A DNA stretch of 64,000 nt, taken from assembly GCA_002633005.1 (NCBI GenBank), contig NMRA01000488.1:160194-224193 (forward strand), read 5' to 3'. This document shows, one piece after another, positions 63,210 to 64,000 of the stretch. The number at the start of each line of letters is the position of its first letter. Position 1 is the first letter of the stretch. A program made the translations under genes and the position numbers. Under the pieces are notes generated by a model. It did not search any database, was not told where the DNA came from, and was given only the letters and a program-made list of their open reading frames with translations. The stretch comes from Phoronis australis (taxonomy: Eukaryota > Animalia > Phoronida).

Positions 63210-64000
63210 TGAATCCAATGTCAGGTATTAACTTTGAATTCTAACACTTACTACCATAAAATTGGTCTTAACTTGTCCCTTACTCAGATGAGCTGTGATT
63301 TCTGGGCTTTCTAATAACTGGCAATATGCTCTTACTTCTAATTAAATTTAACAAACTGGACTTTGCAAGCAAGACTTTCATGTGCCAAAAAGAGGACAGT
63401 GTGCTTGTCAGTAGACAATGTGACACGTAAGATTTATGCAAACGTTTTACAAGTTAAAAATCCAATAAGAATATGACCACAAGAGAATGTCTTTGAGAAC
63501 AAAATCTAGAACTTGGTTCCTTCGAAAATAACTGCAATGATTCTCAATAAAGCAATATCAACGTCTATCTTAAAACTTCAGAGATACCTCAACTCTGTGC
63601 AGTTTACGATAACCGCTTATCAACAAAAAATTCCATAAATTGGTTGACAAGTTGAATAAAAATGTGAACAGTTTTGTGCCCGGCAAGATGTTTCAAATGT
63701 CCCACACATGTGAACGGCTTTATTAAGCAGCATCATGGTCTTCAAAATTGTGTCTGCTCTGTCCAGCTTTTAATGAGACTTTCAAGTAGCAATGTGACAA
63801 ATGATAACGTGAGGCCAGATACTAGTGACCTCTATAGGACAAGGAGGTAATTAAACGTCTGCTTAAAATGCATCACATCTAATCATGTACACTATAAAAG
63901 ATACTTTCCACAAAAAATCAAAATGTTCCCCTATGTCACCCGCTGCGAACAAGAAGCACCTCCAAATGCAACCAGGTGGCGATAAGAGTCACTGGTCCCA

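Overview
This is AT-rich, intron-rich animal genomic DNA; the repeat types resemble those of marine invertebrates, but the species cannot be fixed from the sequence. Four genes were reconstructed by hand from splice sites and reading phase. (1) The 5' part of the Fe-S helicase RTEL1 lies on the minus strand, with 6 coding exons in 375-3536, and continues off the left edge. (2) A complete TICRR/Treslin gene lies head-to-head with it on the plus strand, with 18 coding exons in 5112-20752 (~1570 aa). (3) A MISP/AKAP2-family gene lies on the minus strand, with at least 4 coding exons in 25302-47938 and its first exon uncertain. (4) An intronless, DRY-less class A GPCR (39443-40444) is nested on the same strand in a 15.5-kb intron of gene 3. 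The most striking non-coding signal is a complete Helentron-type (HINE-like) element at 30584-32250. Each of its 11 internal monomers (mostly ~148 bp apart, in a 3-mer higher-order repeat) carries a CTCF-consensus or near-consensus motif, and decayed copies lie on both sides of the GPCR. Other signals: the GPCR's splice acceptor is in frame with the host exon; there is a hammerhead-like Penelope palindrome and a truncated HDV-like ribozyme/RTE leader relic; and a 2-kb duplication joined by one N is probably an assembly artefact. Homology statements rest on recalled family motifs; no database searches were run.
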